A stretch of 63,764 bases of DNA, counting the filler, from Nemertoderma westbladi (lineage: Eukaryota > Animalia > Xenacoelomorpha): assembly GCA_032718475.1 (NCBI GenBank). It is 4 parts of 4 records of this genome, joined end to end, with 100 filler letters (N's around TTAATTAATTAA, not from the genome) between each part and the next. Parts side by side here need not be neighbours in the genome. Positions count along the whole stretch, not along the records: positions 1 to 20,456 come from JAUCBJ010003669.1; 3 more parts are not named here. The stretch is one strand, 5' to 3'. The notes beneath the pieces are model-generated. The model saw nothing but the letters and a program-made list of their open reading frames with translations, was not told the origin of the DNA and did not search any database. The position numbers were made by a program, and so were the translations under genes. Shown piece by piece: positions 1 to 10,985 of this stretch. Within the stretch, counting starts at the first letter, position 1. Each line of letters starts with the position of its first letter.

Positions 1-1220
1 CCAATATGCTTACCTCTTGTATTCATCATCCGATTCAAGTTAGTTATGCAAACATAATGGGATTGTTTTGATTTATTCTTATTTTTTACAAGTAATATAT
101 TCAATAACTCTTTATCTGGAGTGATTTTACTAAATGGTGCCTGTCTTAATATAGATACTCGATTGTTGTCGTAGAGTAATAAATTAATTATATATGTTGA
201 ATTCTGTTTTTCAAAAAGTTTAATTGCAAGCGGCCATTCTGTTGGATAATCTTTGTTGCCGTTGTCAAAAATGAAATGATTCATATAATTTTTGTACTGT
301 GAAGTACGGTTTTTGTTTATCTTCACTTTGCTACTAAATTTTGTAGCTATAATTGCCCATTTAAAACAATCATTATCAGCCGTTTGTATATTTATAACAC
401 ATTGTTTACCTGATAGAGCCTTAGGTAACTCCATATAACCGTGTCCCTTATATAGTAACGACCTATACTTGGATTCAGCTACTTTAATTTCAACCCTTAA
501 TAAAGATTTAACACGCCACCCTGAGCCACGAGTGTTAAACATGGCTATTTTTTGCATTAATTTTTCTAATACATACTCAAACCATGTGTCAAAACTTTCA
601 TGTGAATCTACGGTATTAACTGCACCACCTGAAGAACTAAAATAGAAAGCTTCTTCTTGATCACCCTCTGAAAAATGTGATCGATACATGAGTATATTCA
701 CACCTAGCCAGGGTCTAAGTACATTCATTTCGCTAAGTTTTCCTAATAATAAAGTTTGGATGTGAGGTAGAATTTTAATTAATGATGAATGAATATCAGG
801 AAAATCTTCATCATCTGGAAGATTGTAAACATAGATTTCTAAACGGTTATCGTGTGCGGCTCGTTCGATGTTAAAAATTGATGAACCTTGACCAGATTTC
901 AGTCTTTTTCTAGATACCATAGTATTGTTTTGGTTCCGTTGTGGTGGTCTAACATGATAATAACATTGGTGACAGTCGTGACGTAAGTAATTCTCATATA
1001 AATACTCTTTATTACAAGTAGGGCAAGTTTTTTCATACACGCAAAACTTCATTTCTTTACATCCCGTAGTCGATTCATGTCGTTTACATATTTCTTCACG
1101 TGAACATTTCACACGACAATTAAAACAATTGTATTCTTCAAAATGAGATTTCACATGTGTTAAATAATTTCGTTTAGAAATTTGAAGAGGACAAAATGGA
1201 CATTTCAATTGTTTATCCAT
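1..1220 (-). CDS. N-terminal region of a Polinton-type family B DNA polymerase, with C2H2/C2HC zinc fingers; open off the window edge
   Basis: Manual translation from ATG 1220 gives 406 stop-free codons: MDKQLKCPFC...HVKSH, CFNC...RH...C, CPTC...RHDC, then TRGSGWRV, GYMELPKAL, VINIQTADNDCFKWAII, LFEKQN and HYVCITNLNR. These motifs are typical of invertebrate Polinton-like PolB N-termini. A possible acceptor (TTTTAG) lies just upstream of the ATG. Confidence 0.8.
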   Translation of the reverse strand, partial: MDKQLKCPFCPLQISKRNYLTHVKSHFEEYNCFNCRVKCSREEICKRHESTTGCKEMKFCVYEKTCPTCNKEYLYENYLRHDCHQCYYHVRPPQRNQNNTMVSRKRLKSGQGSSIFNIERAAHDNRLEIYVYNLPDDEDFPDIHSSLIKILPHIQTLLLGKLSEMNVLRPWLGVNILMYRSHFSEGDQEEAFYFSSSGGAVNTVDSHESFDTWFEYVLEKLMQKIAMFNTRGSGWRVKSLLRVEIKVAESKYRSLLYKGHGYMELPKALSGKQCVINIQTADNDCFKWAIIATKFSSKVKINKNRTSQYKNYMNHFIFDNGNKDYPTEWPLAIKLFEKQNSTYIINLLLYDNNRVSILRQAPFSKITPDKELLNILLVKNKNKSKQSHYVCITNLNRMMNTRGKHI

Positions 1221-1557
1221 CTCTTTATTATCCTAAAAACAATTTAAAATTAATATGAATATTGTTATATATATAATCAAAAAAAAATTCATAAGCTACT
1301 CAACACAAATAAAATATAATATCTAAACTTTAATTAATTTAATATTTTCAGAATGAGATCGATTGAATCAGTTGAGCTCTTTATATATATATATATATTT
1401 CAAGTTTCTACTTATACCAACCAATCATAAATAACAGTTACATTGGAAACTAATATCATAAATAAAGTTGCTTTTACAACTGAATTCTTTATAATAAAAT
1501 CAAGTCTAAACCAAGATATGTCTAATGCGTTTTTAATTTTCATTGATAAAGTAGGTT

Positions 1558-1690
1558 TTACATGCAAATGTTTTATTATGGTGGTGTAAACTCACGCATT
1601 TACATGCAAATGTTTTATACCTAATCCCGTGCTCACATTAAACTATCACCAATATTTACTCAATAAAGTCACCTTTACATGCAAATACTT
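1558..1690. promoter_or_regulatory. Three octamer (ATGCAAAT) motifs in a repeated TTTACATGCAAAT unit upstream of the PolB-like ORF
   Basis: ATGCAAAT at 1562-1569, 1604-1611 and 1679-1686, each preceded by TTTAC. Function is inferred. Confidence 0.4.
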
Positions 1691-1816
1691 TATAATAATC
1701 ACGCTTTGTGATAAAAAGTTACCTTTACAAGTCAGTGTGAAACTGAAAAAGAAAAGTCTCTAGTTAATAATAAATCAATTTTTTTTATATGTTTTTATAT
1801 GTTTTGTATATGTTTT

Positions 1817-2857
1817 TTATACTGTTTTTATATGTTCCTTATTGTAATCTGCTACCTCTTCACTTGCTTTTGTAACTTTTATTTTCTTTGTAGGTATAGA
1901 ATCATTGTTGGGAATGGAAGATGATTGAGATGTAGATCTGCGCTTTCTATCACTCGAGGTCTCTTCGATGTATGTCTTTGGATTAAATGTGGATGAAACT
2001 ACTTCTGGAAATGACTTATTATCCTTAAACTTCCAAGTTGGTGGATATAGAATCACGAAACCGTCTGCTATATCAGTTGATGAAACCTTTAACATCATAT
2101 CGTAGAGAAACTCTATATATGGTATGTCTTTATCGTAATGTAACTGTAAATATTTGCTTTCCTTGTCTGTAATAATTACTTTTTTTTCTTGTACATTTAT
2201 TTTTACTTTAAGTCGGTCAGATAAAGCTACTTTATCGTCCGTATCTAGCTCTGAAAAGACACCTTCGTTACTAATTTCATAATTCCATTCATACCACAAT
2301 GAATTTACTTCCGATGCTGTTAAGTTAAACCCATTATAATACCTAAGACCAATAGCATCAGAATATCTAGCTGAAATCTCCCATAGTCCCATATAAGTCG
2401 CTCCTTTATATTTGCTTACAAAACCAACAAAAGATGGGTTGGTTAAATTAACAACATAACACTGATTTATTATTTCGAGTGGTGGTGATAACAATTCTAA
2501 TATTTCTGTCTTACTCTGAAGTAATAAATTAATGAGTGATTTGTTTAGAATTTGACATTTACCTTGCTTCTGAATATATACGTTTTCAGTAATAACACAG
2601 GTGGAAATATTTAACTTTCCTCTTGTAAATTCTATATTAGGATAAATATTACCTCTTGAAACTGGTGATTCCTTTTGTCGGTTGAATAATATTTCTAAGA
2701 CGTCTAGAAGGTAGAGTGTATCCTGGTAAGAGAAGCACGTTGTTACATTGCTATCGCTTGAGAGTAATATAAAGTACTTGCCATAAACAATACTACAGGT
2801 ATATTTATTAAATGTAAATTTCCAAGTATTGCTTGAAGTTTTTTTAAATAAATCCAT
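1817..2857 (-). CDS. 346-aa Polinton-associated protein with a PC4/Sub1-like ssDNA-binding motif and a basic, NLS-like C-terminus
   Basis: Intact ORF. FVSKYKGATYMGLWE...GFNLTASEVNSL resembles the PC4 pattern V..FKG..Y.DIRE...GI.LT..QW..L. The C-terminus has RKRR and PTKKIK. Confidence 0.55.
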   Translation of the reverse strand: MDLFKKTSSNTWKFTFNKYTCSIVYGKYFILLSSDSNVTTCFSYQDTLYLLDVLEILFNRQKESPVSRGNIYPNIEFTRGKLNISTCVITENVYIQKQGKCQILNKSLINLLLQSKTEILELLSPPLEIINQCYVVNLTNPSFVGFVSKYKGATYMGLWEISARYSDAIGLRYYNGFNLTASEVNSLWYEWNYEISNEGVFSELDTDDKVALSDRLKVKINVQEKKVIITDKESKYLQLHYDKDIPYIEFLYDMMLKVSSTDIADGFVILYPPTWKFKDNKSFPEVVSSTFNPKTYIEETSSDRKRRSTSQSSSIPNNDSIPTKKIKVTKASEEVADYNKEHIKTV

Positions 2858-3722
2858 AATTAGAATGAAAACTATTTTGAAAAATAAAAACTAAATAAAT
2901 GATTATTAGATTGTAAAACTTCTGTTTATATGGTTGCTTTAATACAGCAGAGTGACTTACAGTGAGGAATATAGTTGCTTCGTGTAACAGATGCAACGTG
3001 TACAGCTAAATTTATTACATTAGCGTGAGTTAGAGAGTGAAATAGCAGTAACGTGTAACAGATGCAACGTGATCAATGCTAGCCCAGTCATTCTAACTTA
3101 TATTCAACTTAGTTGATCGATCAGTTACATCGATAAAAGAAATCGATTATTATTAATAGTCGAATTAATGTATTCTACGCTATAGTAATTATGTTAAGGA
3201 ACTAGAAGCTATTTATAATCATCTGCTACCAGTGATGAAGATGAAGAATTCAATGACTATGGTATAACTCAGATATTTATCGCCTTTTTCTCTCGAGGTT
3301 GGATGGAAGAGTGATTGGTGAGTTGTGAGGAGTTATATCAGTCCCGGGTTCGAACCCTGTTGAATATTTTGTTATCTGAAAAATTGCAAAATTAAATTTA
3401 GTTACTAGTGAAAAATAGCGATTTGAAAAATAATAGAAGTTACCTGATGCTAAGTGTAGACACCCGAACACCTGTAAAATAAAGGTTGGTGATTGGATGC
3501 AGTACTAGCGTCGGGGGACTAATAACGCCTCTAGCGGAATAAGTGGGAACTTGAGAAGTTACCATGGTTACGGATGAAATGCTGTCATCTGATTGGTTGA
3601 AATAATAACGACCACCGCAAAAGGTTGAAATGGTGGCTTCTGATTGCCTGCAGTACCAGAAATGGATGGTAATGATGGACTACGGGTGACCATGATGCCG
3701 GGTCACAGTATTGTATACTACT

Positions 3723-4470
3723 AGCTACCACAAGCAGACAGATCCCGCGATATTTTGTTGGTATACCGAAGTCTCCTTTCTTGGGGAGAGGCTTTAGTTG
3801 ACTTTTAGTCAAAATTGGTGGTGGCATTTTTTCCCTTCTCAGCATCCGGTTGCAAACATCCAATAATGGTCTGTTTAGTTCTCCTGTTTTCCATATCTTT
3901 CAGGGGTTTCACATAATCCACTCGCTTTATTATTGGACATGCTTTTAATGCTTCTCTGGAGTTCGGCAGGTGTGAAGTCCCCTGTTTCTAAGAGTAGCAT
4001 CTTGTCATATATTTTCCTTATAGAGCTGACCTCGATGTTTGGTAGCTGCCCAAGCAAGTTGCTGAAGTGATTTTTCCACTTCCCAACACGTTCTTCAGGA
4101 CTATCGGCTTTGAGGCGCCCCTTTGCACAACTTTTCCGAACAGATACCTCATTTACAGTTTGCCAGGTAAGTCTTGATTGTTGCTGTATGTGAGCAGTTG
4201 TAATTGCTTCAATTTTCTCTTGTATGTACTGTACTTCTCCTGGCTGATGTTGTAGGCCAAATTAAGATCTTACTTACAGTAGCTTTCTCATTTCTCAACC
4301 TTGTTAATGTTTTTGGTTGTTCGATTTGTTTGTAGGCTATCTTAAGATTTTCTCTCTTACAAGTAACCTCAGAGTCTTGACATGGCACAAACTTTTCGTT
4401 TGAGTTTCTAGGGAATATGCCTCTTGGCTGATTCCTTGTGGGCTGTTATTATATTCTGGTATACTGTATT
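3723..4470 (-). pseudogene. Decayed RTE-clade LINE, linker and RT N-terminal part
   Basis: Broken frames give FTPAELQRSIKSMSNNKASG and PLPKKGDFGIPTKYRGICLL. Truncated at 3722 by the Polinton-like terminus. Confidence 0.8.
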
Positions 4471-4475
4471 GAATC

Positions 4476-6412
4476 TTAGTTTAGTTTAGTTTAGTTTAAT
4501 ACGCCAAATGCAAATTAAAATTAATACATACAGCACATAAATTCTTATAAAACACAATGAACTGGCAAATCTATAAGGATTCTACGCATATGCGTATATT
4601 TCTTTTATGAAGTACTGCAGGTAAGTTACATACATTATAGGTACAAACATATAACATATTACAAACATAAATAAACAATAATCAGATAGTGGGGTTTAAA
4701 ATTATACGACGTAGATTGTAAGTAAAAACCACAATGTTGATAGTTTTACATATTGCAATAAAAAATAAACATTAATAAAAAATTTAGTTGGCACGTTATG
4801 ATTAAAATTTTTCTATTAAGAACGATACAGTAAAAACTTCGATGTATGCAATAATATAAAAAAACAAATATAAAATAATAAAAATAATAAAAAATACTGT
4901 GCACTTCATATGAAAATATTAAAAACAAAGAACCTGATATTTAATTAAGTAAAAATTGTAATTACAATGATACAAAAGAAAAATTTTATTTAATATAAGT
5001 ACCGATGGAATGTAAACTGGGCAGTGGCAACTTGTCTAACTGGTATATCACTATAAATATTCATTTTGGACTTCATGGCACAATCAAGACGATTTTTAAA
5101 TAAGTTTACACTAGGATTACCATGAAAATCTCGAGCATTAACAACATTCTCATCCAACATATTCCATAAGTTTATTACACGAGACGCAAAACTGTTAGTG
5201 TGGAACAGATGTTGACCCGCGGTGTTTCGTTTGTACAATGTCAGTGATGAACCTCTTGTCGAATATGAGTGACGCTGGCTTCTGAGTTCAAAAAAAGTTA
5301 CTATAGTCTACGTTATCAAGTTTGTGAACAAACTTGTATGTTGATATCATATCCGATCTAGCTCGTCTGTAAATCAGTGTCGGTATTTTAAGTGAACGAA
5401 GACGCTCCTCATATGACAGATGCTGTAGTGAAGGTACCATACGGGTTGCGCGGTGTTGCACTTGTTCTATGTGCTCGATATCCTTTTGAAGATACGGTGA
5501 CCATACAACTGTACCATATTCGAGTAGCGGACGAATTATAGACTTATATAACTTGGTAAACATTATCGGTTCCATAAACGTGAATGTGTGTTTTACTAAG
5601 TTAAGAATACGTGTCGCACGAGCAGCAATATTAGAACAATGAACGGAGAATGACATATTGGAACTAAAAGTAACACCAAGGTCTTTCTCTTCGCATACTG
5701 CATCCAGAACTGTGTTAGACATGTAGTATGGCGTTGATGGATTTCTACGACCAAGGTGAAGTATTTTACACTTTGAAAAATTAAACTGTAAGTGCCAATT
5801 GTTTGCCCATTCAACAAGCCGGTTTAAGTCTGCTTGCAAGAAGTTGGTGTCGTCTGTACTAGAAATTTCTCTGTATATTTTCGTATCATCTACAAATATC
5901 TTACAACAAGATGTGATCATATCAGGAACATCATTAACGAAGATCAAGAATAATATTGGCGCAGTAACAGTCCCTTGAGGAACGCCACTGGTCACCATTC
6001 GAGTCCCACTTAATACTCCATTAACCCTAACACTTTGGGTACGCCCAGTAAGAAAGTTACCTATCCAAACTAAAACGTTGCCCTTTATACCATAACTCTC
6101 TAATTTATGCAGTAGCAGGGTGTGTGAGACAGTGTCAAAGGCTCGTCTTAGATCGAGATACACAACATCAGCTCCAAGAGAATGCAGTTCATCTACAAAG
6201 TTGCAGAAGTCTTCCACTACTTCTAGTAACTGTGTAACTGTAGAACGTTGAGCACGAGCACCGTGCTGGGCATCAGTGAAAATATTATTTCCTTCAAAAT
6301 GACAAATAAGTGCATCACGAATAAACTTCTCACAGACCTTAGCCAAGATACAAGTAAGGGATATGGGACGATAGTTATCCGGGTTATGTTTAGGAGGTTT
6401 CTTTAACAAGGA
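4476..6412 (-). mobile_element. 5'-truncated CR1-group LINE inserted in the RTE element
   Basis: RT ORF 5288-6409 continues after a frameshift into 4990-5287 (FASRVINLWN). It has an AT-rich 3' UTR and a (TAAAC)n tail at about 4476-4498. Confidence 0.85.
5288..6409 (-). pseudogene. CR1-like reverse transcriptase, partial
   Basis: NYRPISLT, YLDLRRAFDTVSH, SGVPQGT, FVDDTKIY, EKDLGV, RPLLEYG..VWSPY. Confidence 0.9.
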
Positions 6413-6654
6413 ACTGTAATCGGTAGACTTGAACTTCTATTTTGAACTATTCTATTCTATTCCATTTCTGATTTGAACTACTATGCTGTAATGCTATGCT
6501 TCGATGCTGTAAGCAGCATCATTTTCTGGATTATCAGTTTTGAGTTTAATAAATACATTGTTGTATGGTGGGGTGACGGCGAATTAAATATACAGTATGA
6601 TATGTTATGATAATGCTCTCCATAGCAAAAAATATCAAACGACCCTATCGACCT

Positions 6655-7400
6655 ATACGAGTCTGATCTCTGCAGTCACGATTCTGTGGTCCGAACCAAT
6701 TACAGTTGAACGAGCTGTATGCCTTGCAGATTATCATACTGTTTCTCCACTTTTTATGTATACGGATGTAATCCAGCTGTGCTTTGGTTTCATTAGGGTA
6801 TTGACAGGTCCATAGAATAGAATTGAAAGGCCGTTACTCTTTTCGAATGTCGTGTTTGTTGGTATCAATTCTCATTCTTCCATTAGGTCTAAGAGTAAGC
6901 ACCCATTTCTGTTCGAACTGGTGTTATAGGTGTAACCCTTGATGTCTTCTGGGCCAATTTGCGCATTCAGGTCACCAGTAATGCATTTGACATTGTGTTT
7001 CGGAATGTGCTTTATAAGTCCAGCCAGATCTTCATAAAACTTCACTGCTTGTTCTGGCTCTGAGACATTGGTTGGACTGTAGCAATATATCACTGTTGTC
7101 TTGGGATTCCCATCAAATGTTGCAATTTATAATATAGATTCGATGTTGTTTGAAGTGCAAATGGGCTTAGCAGAATTCCTACTCCACCAATTGATGCATT
7201 GGCCGAGTTTCTTACTGCTGAGCTTGTTACTAACGTCCATCCATTTCCAATGTCATTGTACTTCATGGCAGTGTCTTCATGACAAATCCGATGTTCTTGG
7301 ATGCAGATGATGTCGATGTTATATTCCATTGCCAGAGCGACCATGTCACCATGTTTGGTATGTGCTTTCAGTGTGCGTGCATTCATTGTGGCAATCTTTC
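6655..7400 (-). pseudogene. Apurinic endonuclease domain of the same RTE-clade LINE, frameshifted
   Basis: MNARTL, IICIQEHR, GGVGILL, YSPTN, GDLNAQIG, NRNG and IGSDHRIV (about 6660-6700). Confidence 0.85.
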
Positions 7401-7796
7401 GTGTCTATTTACATTTCAACAGGTTGGTTCTTCTTTCTTCCTGACTTCTGTTCCAGTAGCCGATTTTTCGACCCTAGCCTTAGGGTCTACCACTGAGGAA
7501 TGCGACCCTTGTTGACCAGAGGGGTGGAAACTTGACGCGAATCCCATCATTGCAGCCATTGGCGAATAAATATCCCGCATCATTGCTAAATTATCAATTT
7601 ATGGAAAGGATCAGGTTACAGTGGCAAGTTATTCGAATAAAAACAACTTATGGGTCGGAAGTAGGGTGCCGGATTGACTATTTTCAAACCGGCCAAGCCG
7701 GAGCCGGATTTGTAAAAAAAATCCGGCCGGAATTCCGGCCAGGCCGGATTTCTTTATATATCACCACTTTTACCTTGAATCAGCTATATGGTACCT

Positions 7797-7996
7797 TGTG
7801 GAGATGGCATCTAGCCACGAAATAAAAACGTATGAAAAACTCGGATTCAAGTTCGAGCGATCGCTGATGGCATACTGCAGTCCTGTTGTACCATTATGTA
7901 GGCGGGCCTAGACTAAATCTCTAGGGTTGCTAGGCAACCGTAATAACAAAGTTTCGGGACTTTATATTACATGTGTTATGTATGCGGGTTACCACA
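7797..7996 (-). repeat. 3' LTR
   Basis: Direct repeat of 11769-11968 with about 5 substitutions counted by eye. Confidence 0.95.
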
Positions 7997-8157
7997 TGAC
8001 CCCCCCCCCCCCCCAGTCTCGAAACGTATTATCAATATTCGGGTGGACGGACCGTCCGGCCCGATCGAGTTTGTACGGGCGGTTGGGCTGGGGTTGGTGG
8101 TCTTTGCGTTAGTACCGGCGGTGTAGGAGGTACCGGAGGTGCATTCGGGGGTCGACC

Positions 8158-10985
8158 TCAGCGCCGCGGTTGGCCGAGGACGACCGGCTCGGCAAAATCG
8201 AGATGGGCCAGTTTGAGTCGGTCGACTGAAATCGTTTCAGTTCGACCGCCCATCTCGATCTTAAATGTTTTGGGTCCGGGGGTGAGGACCTTGTAAGGCC
8301 CCTCGTAGGGGCGTTCGAATGGCGTCCGGTGGGTGTCGCGCCGGACGAAAACATAGGTAGCGTCATGGAGGTCTGGTGGAGCCGACGACGGAGTCAGTCC
8401 GTGGCGTGACGTCGGTACCGGAGCGAACCGCCCGACCGTATCCCGGAGTTGAGGGAGGATCGTGGACGGCGAGTGCTGGGCGCCTGTAGCCGGCGGAAGG
8501 AACTCGCCCGGGACGGTGAGGGGGGCACCGTAGACCAGCTTGGCGGAGGAGGTCCCCAAGTCGTCCTTGGGAGCGGTCCGGATTCTGAGGAGAACCCACG
8601 GCAACTCGTCGACCCAATCGGGGCCGGTGAGCGAGGCCCGCAGGGTGGACTTTAGGTGGCGGTGGAAACGTTCCACCAGTCCGTTCGCCTGCGGGTGGTA
8701 GGCCGTGGTGCGGTGCAGTTGGGTGCCCAGCAGCTGGTTGACGGCGGACCAGAGCTGGGAGGTAAACTGCGAACTGCGGTCGGAGGAGAGACGCGGGGAC
8801 GCCGAACCGAGATATCCAGTTGGAGATGAGAGCCCGGGCGCAACTCTCGGTGGAGGTCTCGGTGAGGGGCACAGCCTCTGGCCACCGAGTAAACCGGTCG
8901 ACCATCGTCAGCAGGTGAGTGAACCCGCGCGATGGTGGTAGAGGGCCGACCAGATCCACGTGGATGTGGTCGAACTGGCGGTGGGGGTTGGCGAAGGTGC
9001 CGAGGGGCACGCAGACGTGGCGTTGCACCTTGGAAGACTGGCAAGGGACGCAGGTCTTTGCCCACCTCTTTGCGGAGGCCGTGCCACACGAACCTGTCGG
9101 CGACGAGTTTCTTGGTGGTACGAGCGCCGGGGTGAGACAGGCCGTGTAGGGTGTCGAAGACGCGCCGTCGCCAGGCGACAGGGACGACGGGGCGCGGGTG
9201 TCCGAGAGAAACGTCGCAAAGTAGAGTGGCGTTGGCGGGGGCGAGCGGGACGTCTTCCAGTTGGAGGCCGGACACGGCGGAGCGGTAGGTTGGCAGCTCG
9301 GGGTCGGCGAGTTGGGCAGCCGCCATAGCTGTGTAATCGAGGCCGGGGAGGAGGGTTCGAACCGCGCTGACGGTAGTCCTGGAGAGCGCATCCGCCACAC
9401 AGTTGTCTTTGCCGCGACGTGTTTGATCGCCGTGGTAAACTCGGAAATGTAGGCGATGTGTCGTTGTTGCCGATTCGACCACGGGTCGCTGATCTTGGCG
9501 AATGCGAACGTCTGCGGTTTGTGGTCTGTGTAGGTGGTGAATATGCGGCCCTCCAGGTAGTACTGGAAGTGGCGAACAGCGAGGTACAGCGAGAGGTGTT
9601 CCCGGTCGAACGCGCTGTACTTCACCTCCGGGGGTCGAAGTTGGCGGCTGAAGAACGCCAGGGGGCGCCACGAGTCGCCGATGAGCTGTTCTAGGACGGC
9701 GCCCACCACCGTGCCGGATGCGTCCACGGTGAGCGCCGTCGGTGCATTGGCGCTGGGGTGGGCGAGCATCGTGGCATTGGTGAGGGCTTCCTTGGCATTC
9801 TGGAACGCCGCCGCCATGTCAGGGGTCCAGTCGAGGGACTTGGGTTTACCGGCAAGGGCCGCGTAGAGGGGCCGCATGATGGCGGCGGCCGCGGGGACGA
9901 ACCGATGATAGAAGTTCACCATCCCCACGAACTCCTGCAGGCCCTTGATGGTGGTCGGTTGGGTGAACTCCCGGATGGCAGCGAAATTATCGGGGAGCGG
10001 GACGGCGCCGTGGGCCGAGATTCGGTGGCCGAGGAAGTCGATGGTCGACCGACCGAACTCGCACTTGGCGAGGTTGATCACGAGGCCGTGTTCTTGGAGG
10101 CGCGTGAAGAGCTGACGGAGGTGGTCACAGGTGTTCCTTGGGGGACCGACTCGCGACGAGGACGTTGTCTAGGTAGACGAAGAGGAAGTAGAGTCCCTGG
10201 CACACCGTGTCCATCAGTCTCTGGAAGGCCTGGGTCGGTCCTGGATATGGGGGATGGGGTACCGGTCCGGAGTCGTGGCGTCGTTGAGGCGTCGGTAGTC
10301 GTCACACGGCCGCCATCCACCCGAGGGTTTAGGGGCCATGTGGAGGGGCGACGCCCAGGGACTGTTGGACCGGCGGATGATCCCCATCTCCTCCATCCTC
10401 CTGGAACTCGTCCCGCGCGATCTCGAGTTTGTCTGGAGGCAGACGATGGGCGCGGGAGTAGACCGGGGGTCCCTCGGTGGGGATGTAATGTTCGACCCCG
10501 TGTTTCGCGGTGGGGTCGGAGAACCGAGGGATCGTAATATCGGGGAACTCGGCGAGGAGCCGAGCGAACTCGTCGTCCGAGGCGGTGACCGAACCGAGGT
10601 GGGGGGCGTGGCCCGTAGTCCGCCCGCACGGGATCGAGGTCAACGTCTCGGCTTCGACCAACATGTTGTTCGCTCGGAGGAAGTCGGCACCGAGGAGAGG
10701 CTGGGCGACGTCGGACGCGATAAACTTCCACTGGAACCGGCGGGAGTGGAAGTCGAGTTTGACGGAGCGGTCGCCATACGTTCGAATGTACGTTTTGTTG
10801 GCGGTGAGGAGGGGCGGCCCGCTCTGTCCCGAACGTTCCTCGCGAGTCGTCGCGGGAATAACGCTCACCTCCGCCCCGGTGTCGACCAAGAAGCGTTGCC
10901 TGGAAACGCAGTCCCAGGCAAACAGCAGCAGGTCGGTGTGGCCGGACGTTGCAGCTGCTACAAACGGCCGGCCGGGGCGTTTCCC
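8158..10985 (-). pseudogene. Gypsy pol (protease, RT, RNase H, integrase) with frameshifts and an RT deletion
   Basis: FLVDTGAEVS; WASPLHM; YLDN in place of YLDD; VDAS/DRE/TDHKP; HGLSH...CVPCQ; HVDLVGP; ERFHR; GPY. The RT core is missing between PIPHIQD and QAFQRLMD. Confidence 0.92.

Larger units (their letters stand above)
1..3722 (-). mobile_element. Terminal part of a Polinton/Maverick (adintovirus-like) element; the rest lies left of the window
   Basis: Contains co-oriented PolB-N-terminal-like and PC4-like ORFs. Ends in ...TATACTACT at 3722 (5'-AGTAGTATA on minus), the canonical Polinton terminus, exactly where the adjacent RTE RT frame (...YRGICLLVVA) breaks off. Confidence 0.75.
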
